DNA of 64,000 nucleotides from Candidatus Saccharibacteria bacterium UBA3218 (GTDB lineage: Bacteria; Patescibacteriota; Saccharimonadia; Saccharimonadales; Saccharimonadaceae), in contig DEWE01000009.1 in the NCBI GenBank assembly GCA_002363125.1, positions 68,489 through 132,488 of the forward strand, given 5' to 3'. Position 1 is the first letter of the stretch. Every line of letters starts with the position of its first letter. Below, in pieces: positions 45,165 through 53,648 of the stretch. The position numbers and the translations under genes were made by a program. Below the pieces are notes generated by a model, which saw nothing but the letters and a program-made list of their open reading frames with translations, was not told the DNA's origin and searched no databases.

Positions 45165-46385
45165 ATGAGATTTTCGAAAACTTTTATCAAAACTTTGCGT
45201 GAAGCACCAAAAGACGAGACGGCCAAAAATGGCGCCCTGCTTACACGCGCAGGATATATTCATAAGGAAATGGCTGGGGTATATGATTATCTACCACTGG
45301 GTCTTCGTGTAATCGAGAATATCAAGCGCGTCATTCGTGAAGAATTAAACAAACTTGATTGTGAAGAGATTCAGATGTCTGCCTTACAAAACCCAGAACC
45401 ATGGGAAAAAACTGGTAGGTTTTCTGATCAAGAAGTAGATATCTGGTTTAAAACTGAACTAGTTTCTGGTGGCAAATTAGGTCTTGCTCCTACACATGAA
45501 GAGCCAATCACGAATATGTTAAAATCTTATATTTCCAGTTATAAAGATTTACCTTTGTATGTATATCAATTTCAGACTAAATTTAGAAATGAACTCCGAG
45601 CAAAATCTGGCATCTTGCGCGGGCGCGAGTTTTTGATGAAGGATCTTTATAGTTTTCATACGACCGAAGAAGACTTAGATGAATTTTATGCAAAAGTAGA
45701 ACAAGCATATAATAATATCTTTACTAGACTAGGTATTGGCGAAGATACCCATGAGACCTTTGCAAGCGGTGGAATTTTTTCAAAATATTCACATGAGTTC
45801 CAAACTTTTTTGCCAGTAGGTGAAGATACTGTATATTATAATAGTGATAAATCCGTCGTCTTAAATGAGGAAGTGCTTAATGATGAAGTCTTGGCTGATC
45901 TTAGCGTCAAACGCGAAGAATTATCCGAAACGACTGCAGCTGAAGTAGCTAATATATTTAAATTGAAATTTAAATATTCAGAACCTCTAGGCTTACAATT
46001 CGGTAATGAAGATAATGAGCTAAAAAATGTTTATATGGGTTGCTATGGAATTGGTGTATCGCGCGTAATGGGTGTAATCGCAGAGAAATTTGCTGACGAA
46101 AAAGGTTTAGTATGGCCAGAAGAGGTTGCACCATATAAATATTATTTGGTCGGTATTGGCGAGAATGGTATGATGGAGGCCGAAAATTTCTACAAAGAAC
46201 ATGAGGACATAACATTATTTGATGATCGCGATGCGCGACCAGGTGAAAAATTTGCTGACGCTGACTTGATTGGCTTACCTTATCGCATAGTAATTTCCGA
46301 CAAGACTTTGGCTGAGGGCGCCGTAGAACTCACTGATCGTAAAACTGGCGAAAGCAAATTGGTAAAACTTAGCGAAATACAATAA
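45165..46385 (+). CDS. proS: Prolyl-tRNA synthetase, bacterial-type N-terminus but lacking the INS editing domain
   Basis: 406 aa. MRFSKTFIKTLREAPKDE...LLTRAGYIHKEMAGVYDYLPLG. Class II motifs FRNELRAKSGILRGREF and GCYGIGVSR. Anticodon-binding C-terminus. Confidence 0.85.
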   Translation: MRFSKTFIKTLREAPKDETAKNGALLTRAGYIHKEMAGVYDYLPLGLRVIENIKRVIREELNKLDCEEIQMSALQNPEPWEKTGRFSDQEVDIWFKTELVSGGKLGLAPTHEEPITNMLKSYISSYKDLPLYVYQFQTKFRNELRAKSGILRGREFLMKDLYSFHTTEEDLDEFYAKVEQAYNNIFTRLGIGEDTHETFASGGIFSKYSHEFQTFLPVGEDTVYYNSDKSVVLNEEVLNDEVLADLSVKREELSETTAAEVANIFKLKFKYSEPLGLQFGNEDNELKNVYMGCYGIGVSRVMGVIAEKFADEKGLVWPEEVAPYKYYLVGIGENGMMEAENFYKEHEDITLFDDRDARPGEKFADADLIGLPYRIVISDKTLAEGAVELTDRKTGESKLVKLSEIQ

Positions 46386-46392
46386 TTTAATC

Positions 46393-46421
46393 TTGACTTA
46401 AGCTATGTTTTTGTGTAGACT
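46393..46421 (+). promoter_or_regulatory. Promoter TTGACT-17-TAGACT for greA
   Basis: ttgacttaagctatgtttttgtgtagact. Confidence 0.45.
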
Positions 46422-46452
46422 TGAGGAAGATTTAATTAGTGGGGAATAAATT

Positions 46453-46899
46453 ATGATAAAAAAGAGTGTAAGTTTAACTTCAGAAGGTAAAAAAGAATTA
46501 GAAAAAGAATTGGCTGAGCTAATCGCTAATCGCCCAGCAATTACGGAGCGCATTGCGACGGCTAGAGCTTTTGGTGATTTATCTGAGAACGAAGAATATA
46601 GTTCTGCGCGAAATGAACAAAAGGTGGCAGAAGGTAGGATTCTAGAAATTCAAGAAATACTAAAAAGCGCAAAAATTATTCATGGTGGCAAAAAAGATAA
46701 AATTAATTTAGGCGCAACCGTTGCTATAGATATGGGCGGGCGAAAATTGGAATATACTTTAGTTGGACCAACCGAGGCAAATCCACTTGAGGGAAAGATT
46801 TCTAATGAATCGCCAATCGGAAAAGCAATGATGGGCAAAAAGGCTGGCGAAAGTTTTGAATTTAACGGTAAAAAAGTAAAGATACTAGATATAAAATAA
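46453..46899 (+). CDS. greA: Transcription elongation factor GreA
   Basis: 148 aa. AFGDLSENEEYSSARNEQ. C-terminal ISNESPIGKAMMGKKAGE. Confidence 0.95.
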   Translation: MIKKSVSLTSEGKKELEKELAELIANRPAITERIATARAFGDLSENEEYSSARNEQKVAEGRILEIQEILKSAKIIHGGKKDKINLGATVAIDMGGRKLEYTLVGPTEANPLEGKISNESPIGKAMMGKKAGESFEFNGKKVKILDIK

Positions 46900-46943
46900 A
46901 TCAGTAGTACCTCTCTTTATGAAGGTGCTTTTTGATGATTTTA

Positions 46944-46952
46944 TGATATAAT
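46944..46952 (+). promoter_or_regulatory. Extended -10 (TGaTATAAT) 6 nt upstream of the lysS ATG (leaderless)
   Basis: tatgatataat aatttt ATG. Confidence 0.5.
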
Positions 46953-46958
46953 AATTTT

Positions 46959-48407
46959 ATGTTACTTGAAGATTATAGAAACGAAAGATTAAAAAAATTA
47001 GATGAGTTAAAAGCGCGTGGGATCAATCCTTACCCAGCCAAGAGCTTCCGCAATACGAAAATCTCTGAAATTATTAATCATTTTGATGAAAAAGATGGCC
47101 AAGAGGTGACTTTGGCTGGCAGAATTGTCGCAATTCGTTCCTTTGGCAAGCTTGTTTTTATTAAAATCCGTGATTACTTCGGCGAGATTCAGATTTTTAT
47201 GAAGGCCGAAGGCGAAACACCAGAAGGCTTGCTTGGAGCAAAAGACGTAAAACTACTTGATTTAGGTGATTTCATTGAAGTAACTGGTAAAATCGGCAAA
47301 TCGCAGACTGGTGAAATTTCGATATTCTCTAACTTTGTAAAGTTACTAACAAAATCGCTCAGGCCTTTACCAGAAAAGTTCACCAATAAGGAGGAGCGCT
47401 ATCGTAGGCGTTATGTAGACATGAACGTGAACCCAGAAGTACGCGAAAGATTAGTGCGTCGTAGTAAATTCTGGCAAGCCACACGTGATTTTATGAATAA
47501 ACATGGTTTTATCGAAATAAATATCCCAGTTCTCGAGCACACTACTGGTGGTGCAGATGCTACGCCTTTTACCACTCACATGAATGCTCTAAATGAAGAT
47601 TTTTATCTACGCATTTCGCATGAGTTGCCACTAAAAAGACTCCTTGGTGGTGGTTTTGAAAAAGTTTACGATATTGGTCCAAGGTTTAGAAATGAGGGCG
47701 TGGACGACGAACATTTACCAGAGCATATCGCATTCGAATCCTATGCTGCATATGAAAACTACGAAGATGGCATGAAGCTTTACGAAGAAATGATAAAATA
47801 TGTCGCGATGGAGACTTGGGGCACGTTAAAGTTTCATGTGGGCGGTTTCGATATTGATTTAGACTGCGAATGGCCAAGAATAAAATACGCGGATCTTTTG
47901 AAAGAAAAATTCGACGTAGACGTATTTAACCCGGATCGTGAACAGTTAATAAGAATCTTGAAAGAGAATGGAGTAGAAACGAATTTTGACGTGAGCGAAG
48001 CTCGCTTGATTGATCATGTCTGGAAATTAATTCGCAAAACTTCGGCTGGACCATATTGGTTGATCGAAGAGCCACTAAGTTTGTCGCCACTGGCAAAGAA
48101 ATCTGCCGAGAATCCTCTAGTAACTGAACGCTTCCACCCGATCATTGCCGGAACCGAAATGGGGAATGGCTTCTCGGAGTTAAACGATCCGTTGGACCAG
48201 CTAGAAAGATTTAGAGAGCAGCAAGCGGCACGCGACGCTGGAGACGAAGAAGCACAGATGTTAGATATGGATTTTGTGGAAATGCTAGAATACGGTATGC
48301 CACCAGCTTGTGGTTGGGGTAACTCTGAACGCAATTTCTGGCTACTTGAGGGAGTACCAGGACGCGAAGCGGTACCATTTCCAACGATGAAGTCTAAGGA
48401 AGAATAA
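46959..48407 (+). CDS. lysS: Lysyl-tRNA synthetase, class II
   Basis: 482 aa. OB anticodon-binding domain. YRRRYVDM, FRNEGVDDEHLPE, GWGNSERNF-type motif 3 region. Confidence 0.95.
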   Translation: MLLEDYRNERLKKLDELKARGINPYPAKSFRNTKISEIINHFDEKDGQEVTLAGRIVAIRSFGKLVFIKIRDYFGEIQIFMKAEGETPEGLLGAKDVKLLDLGDFIEVTGKIGKSQTGEISIFSNFVKLLTKSLRPLPEKFTNKEERYRRRYVDMNVNPEVRERLVRRSKFWQATRDFMNKHGFIEINIPVLEHTTGGADATPFTTHMNALNEDFYLRISHELPLKRLLGGGFEKVYDIGPRFRNEGVDDEHLPEHIAFESYAAYENYEDGMKLYEEMIKYVAMETWGTLKFHVGGFDIDLDCEWPRIKYADLLKEKFDVDVFNPDREQLIRILKENGVETNFDVSEARLIDHVWKLIRKTSAGPYWLIEEPLSLSPLAKKSAENPLVTERFHPIIAGTEMGNGFSELNDPLDQLERFREQQAARDAGDEEAQMLDMDFVEMLEYGMPPACGWGNSERNFWLLEGVPGREAVPFPTMKSKEE

Positions 48408-48410
48408 AGA

Positions 48411-48489
48411 GTTTTGAACGATTTACTTTTAGGACCGTAAGCTTGGCCGAACGGCCTTGAGTGTGTCCTAAAAGTAAATCGTTTAAAAC
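48411..48489. repeat. GC-rich palindromic mini-element, family 2, intergenic; bidirectional terminator-like hairpin
   Basis: 25-bp arms gttttgaacgatttacttttaggac / gtcctaaaagtaaatcgtttaaaac. Core cgtaagcttggccgaacggccttgagtgt. The right arm contains the stop codon of the convergent DUF167 gene. Confidence 0.85.
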
Positions 48490-48701
48490 TCTATAATTTT
48501 GCTATGTGACTTCGCGCCACGAATGATACTGATTGTGGTCTTTGGGACTTTGAAATGTTTTGCGAGAATCTTGATTAGAGCATCGTTGGCTTCGCCGTCA
48601 TGTGGTTTAGCGCGAAGATAAACTGTGAGCTCATTTAGTGCAGTTTCAATGATTTTCTCTTGCGACGATCCAGGTTTTACAGTAATAGTATAGCGATTCA
48701 T
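48483..48701 (-). CDS. DUF167 (YggU) family protein
   Basis: 72 aa. VYLRAKPHDGEANDALIKILAKHFKVPKTTISIIRGAKSHSK. Confidence 0.75.
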   Translation of the reverse strand: MNRYTITVKPGSSQEKIIETALNELTVYLRAKPHDGEANDALIKILAKHFKVPKTTISIIRGAKSHSKIIEF

Positions 48702-48726
48702 GCGCCTATTATAACATTTTATAAGC

Positions 48727-48736
48727 GTGATATAAT
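48727..48736 (+). promoter_or_regulatory. Extended -10 (gTGaTATAAT) 8 nt upstream of the uvrB ATG (leaderless)
   Basis: gcgtgatataat ttagatat ATG. Confidence 0.5.
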
Positions 48737-48744
48737 TTAGATAT

Positions 48745-50817
48745 ATGCCTAAGTTTAATTTAGTGTCAAAATTTCAACCTACGGGCGACCAGCCGATGGC
48801 GATTAAACAGCTAACGGATGGTATTTTGGCGGGAGTGAAAGAGCAGACTTTACTCGGCGTAACTGGTTCTGGTAAAACTTTCACAATGGCAAATATTATC
48901 CAGAATATCCAAAAGCCAACGTTGATTTTGGCACACAACAAAACTTTGGCGGCTCAACTTTATTCTGAGTTCCGCGAGTTTTTTCCAAATAATGAAGTAC
49001 ACTATTTTGTATCATATTTCGATTATTACCAGCCAGAAGCTTATATTGCATCTACCGATACATATATTGAGAAAGACTCGGCGATAAATGATGAGATTGA
49101 TAGGCTTAGACACGCCGCAACCGAAGCTTTACTTACGCGTAGCGACGTAATTATTGTGGCATCCGTCTCTTGTATTTATGGTATTGGCTCGCCAGAGCAT
49201 TACACCGAAATGTCATTGCCACTATGGAAGAAATCCGATAAGGAATGGGTGGCAAATGATTCTCCGTCGGGAACGCTCCGGGGCGCTAGCCAGAGTCTTA
49301 CTCCCTCCGGAGAACATTTTGCCACCCTTTCGCAATTAGACTTTATTCGTCGTTTGGTGTCAATGCAATATCATAGAAACGATCTCGCGTTTGAGCGAGG
49401 TAATTTCCGCGTGATGGGCGATACTATAGATTTATATCCTGCAAACGGAGAATATGCTTATAGATTTGAGTTTGGCTTCGATAATTTGGAAGAAGTAAAA
49501 ATTGTAGATCCTTTAACCTTTGATATACGAGAAAGACCAGACCATGTGCATATTTTCCCAAATACACACTATGCTACACCGATGGACCAACTAGAAAAAG
49601 CTTTAGTGACTATCCGTGCGGAGTTTGATGAACGAATGAAATATTTCGAAAAGAACCAAAAATATCTAGAGGCGCAGAGATTATCCCAACGCACAAAATA
49701 TGATCTTGAGATGTTAAAAGAAACTGGTTTTGTAAAGGGAATTGAAAATTATTCTCGGCATCTAGACGGCAGGAAGCCTGGAGAGCCACCTTCTACACTA
49801 CTCGATTTCTTCCCGAAAGACTTTTTATTAATCGTAGACGAGAGCCATATGACTTTGCCGCAGGTGCGTGGTATGTATAACGGAGATCATGCTCGCAAAA
49901 AAACTTTAGTGGAATATGGTTTTCGTTTGCCAAGTGCAATGGATAACCGTCCGCTGACTTATGGTGAATTCCAACACCATATCAACCAAGCTATTTATGT
50001 TTCCGCCACGCCAGGAGAATATGAACTCGAAAATTCTCCTAAACCGGCCGAGCAAGTAATTCGCCCTACTGGACTTTTGGATCCAGAAATAGAAGTCCGT
50101 GGTAGCGAAGGGCAAATTGACGATTTAATGGAAGAAATTGATAAACGTATTGCCAAAGGGCAACGCACACTTATTACTACACTAACTAAACGAATGGCAG
50201 AAGATTTAACCGATCATTTAAAGGAGCGTGGCGTAAAGACCGCCTACATACATTCCGATGTAGACACGTTAGAGCGAAGCGACATACTAAGAGATTTACG
50301 TTCTGGAGTTTATGATGTTTTGGTCGGCATTAATCTTTTGCGAGAAGGGTTGGATCTACCAGAAGTGTCACTCGTGGCAATCCTTGATGCCGATAAAGAA
50401 GGGTTTCTCCGTTCCGAGTCAGCATTAATACAAACCATTGGTCGCGCAGCAAGGCACGAAGAGGGCAAAGTGATAATGTATGCGAATTTTATTACTGAGA
50501 GCATGGAAAAGGCTATATCGGAGACAAATCGTCGCCGTGAAATCCAGAAAGAGTACAATATAGAACACAATATTACGCCAAAATCCATTAAAAAAGAAGT
50601 GAACGTGGGGCTCCGTGCGATTATTCCAGAAAAAGAGAAGGAAAATAAATTAGATATCAAGCGTATACCAAAAGATGAGCTACCAGCACTAGTAAAACAA
50701 CTTTCTTCCGAAATGCAACTTGCAGCGGCCAATCTAGAGTTTGAACGCGCCGCTATGCTACGAGATGAGATAGAAAGAATTAAAGATTTTATAGATGGCA
50801 ATAAGATGAAAAAATAA
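48745..50817 (+). CDS. uvrB: Excinuclease ABC subunit B with a 27-codon in-frame palindromic insert
   Basis: 690 aa. [25 protein letters not shown] domain [16 protein letters not shown]. Insert [22 protein letters not shown] lies where E. coli UvrB is contiguous (LHLTVGMIIDQRAILRRL). Confidence 0.97.
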   Translation: MPKFNLVSKFQPTGDQPMAIKQLTDGILAGVKEQTLLGVTGSGKTFTMANIIQNIQKPTLILAHNKTLAAQLYSEFREFFPNNEVHYFVSYFDYYQPEAYIASTDTYIEKDSAINDEIDRLRHAATEALLTRSDVIIVASVSCIYGIGSPEHYTEMSLPLWKKSDKEWVANDSPSGTLRGASQSLTPSGEHFATLSQLDFIRRLVSMQYHRNDLAFERGNFRVMGDTIDLYPANGEYAYRFEFGFDNLEEVKIVDPLTFDIRERPDHVHIFPNTHYATPMDQLEKALVTIRAEFDERMKYFEKNQKYLEAQRLSQRTKYDLEMLKETGFVKGIENYSRHLDGRKPGEPPSTLLDFFPKDFLLIVDESHMTLPQVRGMYNGDHARKKTLVEYGFRLPSAMDNRPLTYGEFQHHINQAIYVSATPGEYELENSPKPAEQVIRPTGLLDPEIEVRGSEGQIDDLMEEIDKRIAKGQRTLITTLTKRMAEDLTDHLKERGVKTAYIHSDVDTLERSDILRDLRSGVYDVLVGINLLREGLDLPEVSLVAILDADKEGFLRSESALIQTIGRAARHEEGKVIMYANFITESMEKAISETNRRREIQKEYNIEHNITPKSIKKEVNVGLRAIIPEKEKENKLDIKRIPKDELPALVKQLSSEMQLAAANLEFERAAMLRDEIERIKDFIDGNKMKK
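49247..49327. repeat. GC-rich palindromic mini-element (short variant, 81 bp) inside uvrB
   Basis: Arms gggtggcaaatgattctccg / cggagaacattttgccaccc. Core tcgggaacgctccggggcgctagccagagtcttactccct. Confidence 0.75.
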
Positions 50818-50829
50818 CCATATCTATTA

Positions 50830-50838
50830 TGGTATAAT
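50830..50838 (+). promoter_or_regulatory. Extended -10 (TGgTATAAT) 7 nt upstream of the phosphoketolase ATG (leaderless)
   Basis: tatggtataat atattat ATG. Confidence 0.5.
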
Positions 50839-50845
50839 ATATTAT

Positions 50846-51781
50846 ATGAGTGGGCGAATTGACGTTAAAACGATCGAGAAAATCAAGCGGAGAATCAGAT
50901 TTTGTGATTATCTATCAGTAGCACAGCTATATCTTAAGAGTAATTTTTTACTAGAACACCCGTTAAATGCTGACGACATAAAGCCTAGACTACTAGGACA
51001 CTGGGGAACTTGTCATGGCATCAATGTAGCATATGCAAATTTCAAAAGTTATTTTAAGGATGATCCTAATTTTAGTTTTGTTTTGGGGCCAGGCCATGGC
51101 TTTCCGGCGCTACAGGCGAATTTATTGGTTGATGGCGAACTAGCAAAAGTAGATCCTATGGCCACAGTAGACAGAAGCGGAATTGCCTATATTTGCAAAC
51201 ATTTTTCTTGGCCAGATGGATTTCCGAGTCATGCTAGTCCATATACCCCGGGTATTATTACTGAGGGTGGAGAACTAGGTTACGCGCTAGCTAATGCTTA
51301 TGGGTTAAATCTTGGTCATCCAGAAAAAACTACAGCAGTACTAATAGGCGATGGGGAACTAGAAACCGCTACAGCAATAGATTCACTTAACTTGCGCAAT
51401 TTATTGTCTGGATCAAAAAACGGTAAAATTCTGCCAATTCTTCATCTTAATGGCTACAAAATCTCTGCACCGTCTATTTATGCAAGAAAATCCGAGCGAG
51501 AACTAAACGAAATGATCCGTGGTTTTGGATTTAATCCCGTAATGATAGATGGTGAAGATACTGAATCGTTCCAGATAAAATTATCAGAAAATATAGAAGA
51601 TCCATTTTACATTTTAAAGACCGAAAAGGGGTTTGGTGGCCCAAATAGACACCATGAGGCTCATCAGATACCGATTAAGGATCCAAAAAACAAAGCCGAA
51701 GAACTCAGTGCCCTAGAAGATTGGCTAAAATCTTATAACGTTACTGACCTTGTAAAAAATCTGGAGGATATAAAACTATGA
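50846..51781 (+). CDS. xfp: Phosphoketolase, N-terminal (TPP pyrophosphate-binding) part
   Basis: 311 aa. LLGHWGTCHGIN, GPGHGFPA, EGGELGYALANAYG, GDGELETA, LHLNGYKISAPS, AHQIPI. Confidence 0.85.
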   Translation: MSGRIDVKTIEKIKRRIRFCDYLSVAQLYLKSNFLLEHPLNADDIKPRLLGHWGTCHGINVAYANFKSYFKDDPNFSFVLGPGHGFPALQANLLVDGELAKVDPMATVDRSGIAYICKHFSWPDGFPSHASPYTPGIITEGGELGYALANAYGLNLGHPEKTTAVLIGDGELETATAIDSLNLRNLLSGSKNGKILPILHLNGYKISAPSIYARKSERELNEMIRGFGFNPVMIDGEDTESFQIKLSENIEDPFYILKTEKGFGGPNRHHEAHQIPIKDPKNKAEELSALEDWLKSYNVTDLVKNLEDIKL

Positions 51782-52917
51782 GCTTATATTCGCCGGCAAA
51801 AAAAATCGGCCAATTGTTAACCGAAGAATTCAAAAAAAATCCGCATTTTTATTTCTTCTCGCCAGACGAAACAACTTCTAATAAATTTGATGAAATTTTT
51901 GAGACGGAAAAACGCGCTTGGGGGTTAACGCAAAAAACCTGGGATTTACCAGAAAGCGAAAACGGCAGGATAATAGAGATGCTTTCTGAAAACGTGCTCT
52001 TTAGCGTAATGACTGGACACTTAATGAATGGTGAGCCGGCAATGATGGGAAGCTATGAAGCATTTTTCCCGATCATAACGGCGCAACTTTTGCAACAAAT
52101 CAAATTCATAAAGCAATCCAAGGAGGTGGATTGGCGCGCGCCAATGCCAGCAGTAAATTTACTTTCTACCTCTACTTGTTGGAGACAAGATCACAATGGT
52201 TACACACACCAATCACCAGCTCTTATATCTACTCTACTAAGCTCACCAAGCAATTTGGCAAATTGCATCTTTCCGATCGACGATATCGCAGCCGAAGTAG
52301 CTTATAATTTTATGATTAATTCCAAAGATGTTGTAAATCTGACAACATTCAATAAAATTGAAGAACCTAGATATTTAAATTCTAAAAAGGCCCTGGAAGA
52401 ATTTGAAAATGGAGCAATGATTTATGATCCTATCTCGGACTTAGAGCCAGACATCGTATTTGCAGCGGCTGGTGATATTGTGGCAAAAGAGACAATGGAG
52501 GCTATGAAAATCTTGAAAGAAGATTTACCGGAAGTCAGGATTCGTTTTATATATATTAATTCTTTATCTTATCGCGCAATTGGCACAACTGAAAATAAAT
52601 TATCTATGAAGGAATTCATGGATTTATTTACGGCCGATAAGCCAATTATCGCAAATTTCCATGGCTACCCAGAAACTCTGGAGAATATTTTGGAAAATTA
52701 TACTGCAAGGGGAAGACTCAGAGTACACGGTTTCAACGAAGAAGGTTCCACTACTACTCCATTCGAAATGCTTCGAAGGAACGCCGCATCGCGTTACGAC
52801 ATCGCAACTGATATCGCAAAACTTTATGAAAGAGACGATTTAGTAATTAAATATCAAGAAATTTTAGCAAAGAATCACGCACATGCCATAGAGTATGGCG
52901 AAGATATGATAAAATAA
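51778..52917 (+). CDS. xfp: Phosphoketolase, middle and C-terminal part
   Basis: 379 aa. FFSPDETTSNKF, SYEAFFPIITAQ, TSTCWRQDHNGYTHQSP, VHGFNEEGSTTTPFEM. ATGA overlap with the N-terminal ORF. Confidence 0.85.
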   Translation: MSLYSPAKKIGQLLTEEFKKNPHFYFFSPDETTSNKFDEIFETEKRAWGLTQKTWDLPESENGRIIEMLSENVLFSVMTGHLMNGEPAMMGSYEAFFPIITAQLLQQIKFIKQSKEVDWRAPMPAVNLLSTSTCWRQDHNGYTHQSPALISTLLSSPSNLANCIFPIDDIAAEVAYNFMINSKDVVNLTTFNKIEEPRYLNSKKALEEFENGAMIYDPISDLEPDIVFAAAGDIVAKETMEAMKILKEDLPEVRIRFIYINSLSYRAIGTTENKLSMKEFMDLFTADKPIIANFHGYPETLENILENYTARGRLRVHGFNEEGSTTTPFEMLRRNAASRYDIATDIAKLYERDDLVIKYQEILAKNHAHAIEYGEDMIK

Positions 52918-52924
52918 AACCATT

Positions 52925-53611
52925 ATGGAATTATTTATTTTAATTATTACTTTGGCTATTTTTGCCGAAACAAGTTTTCTGGTTCTTAAAAAACAGAAAA
53001 ATCATCGATCTGGGAAACGAAAAATATTTGTAGATACTTCCGCTCTGATCGACGGACGAATTTTAAATATTGCAAGAACTGGTTTTATAAATGATGATTT
53101 AGTCATTTTAAAAAATGTACTGTTAGAATTGCAGCTTCTAGCAGATGGGAAGGATGCCGAAAAAAGAAGTCGCGCGCGCGCCGGACTAGAAACCGTTGCG
53201 GAGCTTGAACGCGTAATCGAAACAGATGTCGAGATTATGGACGACGCTGAATATTACGGCGCAAAGGTAGATGAAGAATTATTGAAGCTCGCAAAAGAGA
53301 ACAAGGGCGCAATTCTGACTCTAGATTATAACTTAATCAAAGTTGCTGAAGCAGAAAAAATTGCAACACTAAATATTAATGATTTAGCTTTGGCCGTACG
53401 TAGTGAATTTTTGCCAGGTGAAAAAATAAAGCTGAAAATCTTAGAAAAGGGTTCAAATCGTGGGCAAGGAGTCGGGCATCTAAATGATGGCACCATGATA
53501 GTCGTAGACAACGCGGCTAGCAAAATAGGAAAAGAAGTTCTGGTAGAATTTGTAAAATTTCACGAAACCTCGGCAGGAAAGATGATTTTTGCAAAAATTG
53601 CGAAAAGCTAG
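52925..53611 (+). CDS. PIN + TRAM domain protein (YacL-like), membrane-anchored
   Basis: 228 aa. N-terminal TM. PIN motif IFVDTSALIDGRI...LLELQLLADG. C-terminal TRAM KLKILEKGSNRGQGVGHLNDGTMIVV. Confidence 0.8.
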   Translation: MELFILIITLAIFAETSFLVLKKQKNHRSGKRKIFVDTSALIDGRILNIARTGFINDDLVILKNVLLELQLLADGKDAEKRSRARAGLETVAELERVIETDVEIMDDAEYYGAKVDEELLKLAKENKGAILTLDYNLIKVAEAEKIATLNINDLALAVRSEFLPGEKIKLKILEKGSNRGQGVGHLNDGTMIVVDNAASKIGKEVLVEFVKFHETSAGKMIFAKIAKS

Positions 53612-53648
53612 ACCCATATTTATATTTTTAGAATTTATTATTTATAAC

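Noticed and set aside
50310-50801. 163-aa minus-strand ORF antisense to uvrB
   Set aside because: It lies entirely within the conserved UvrB C-terminal region. It has Ser-rich mirror composition and no signals.
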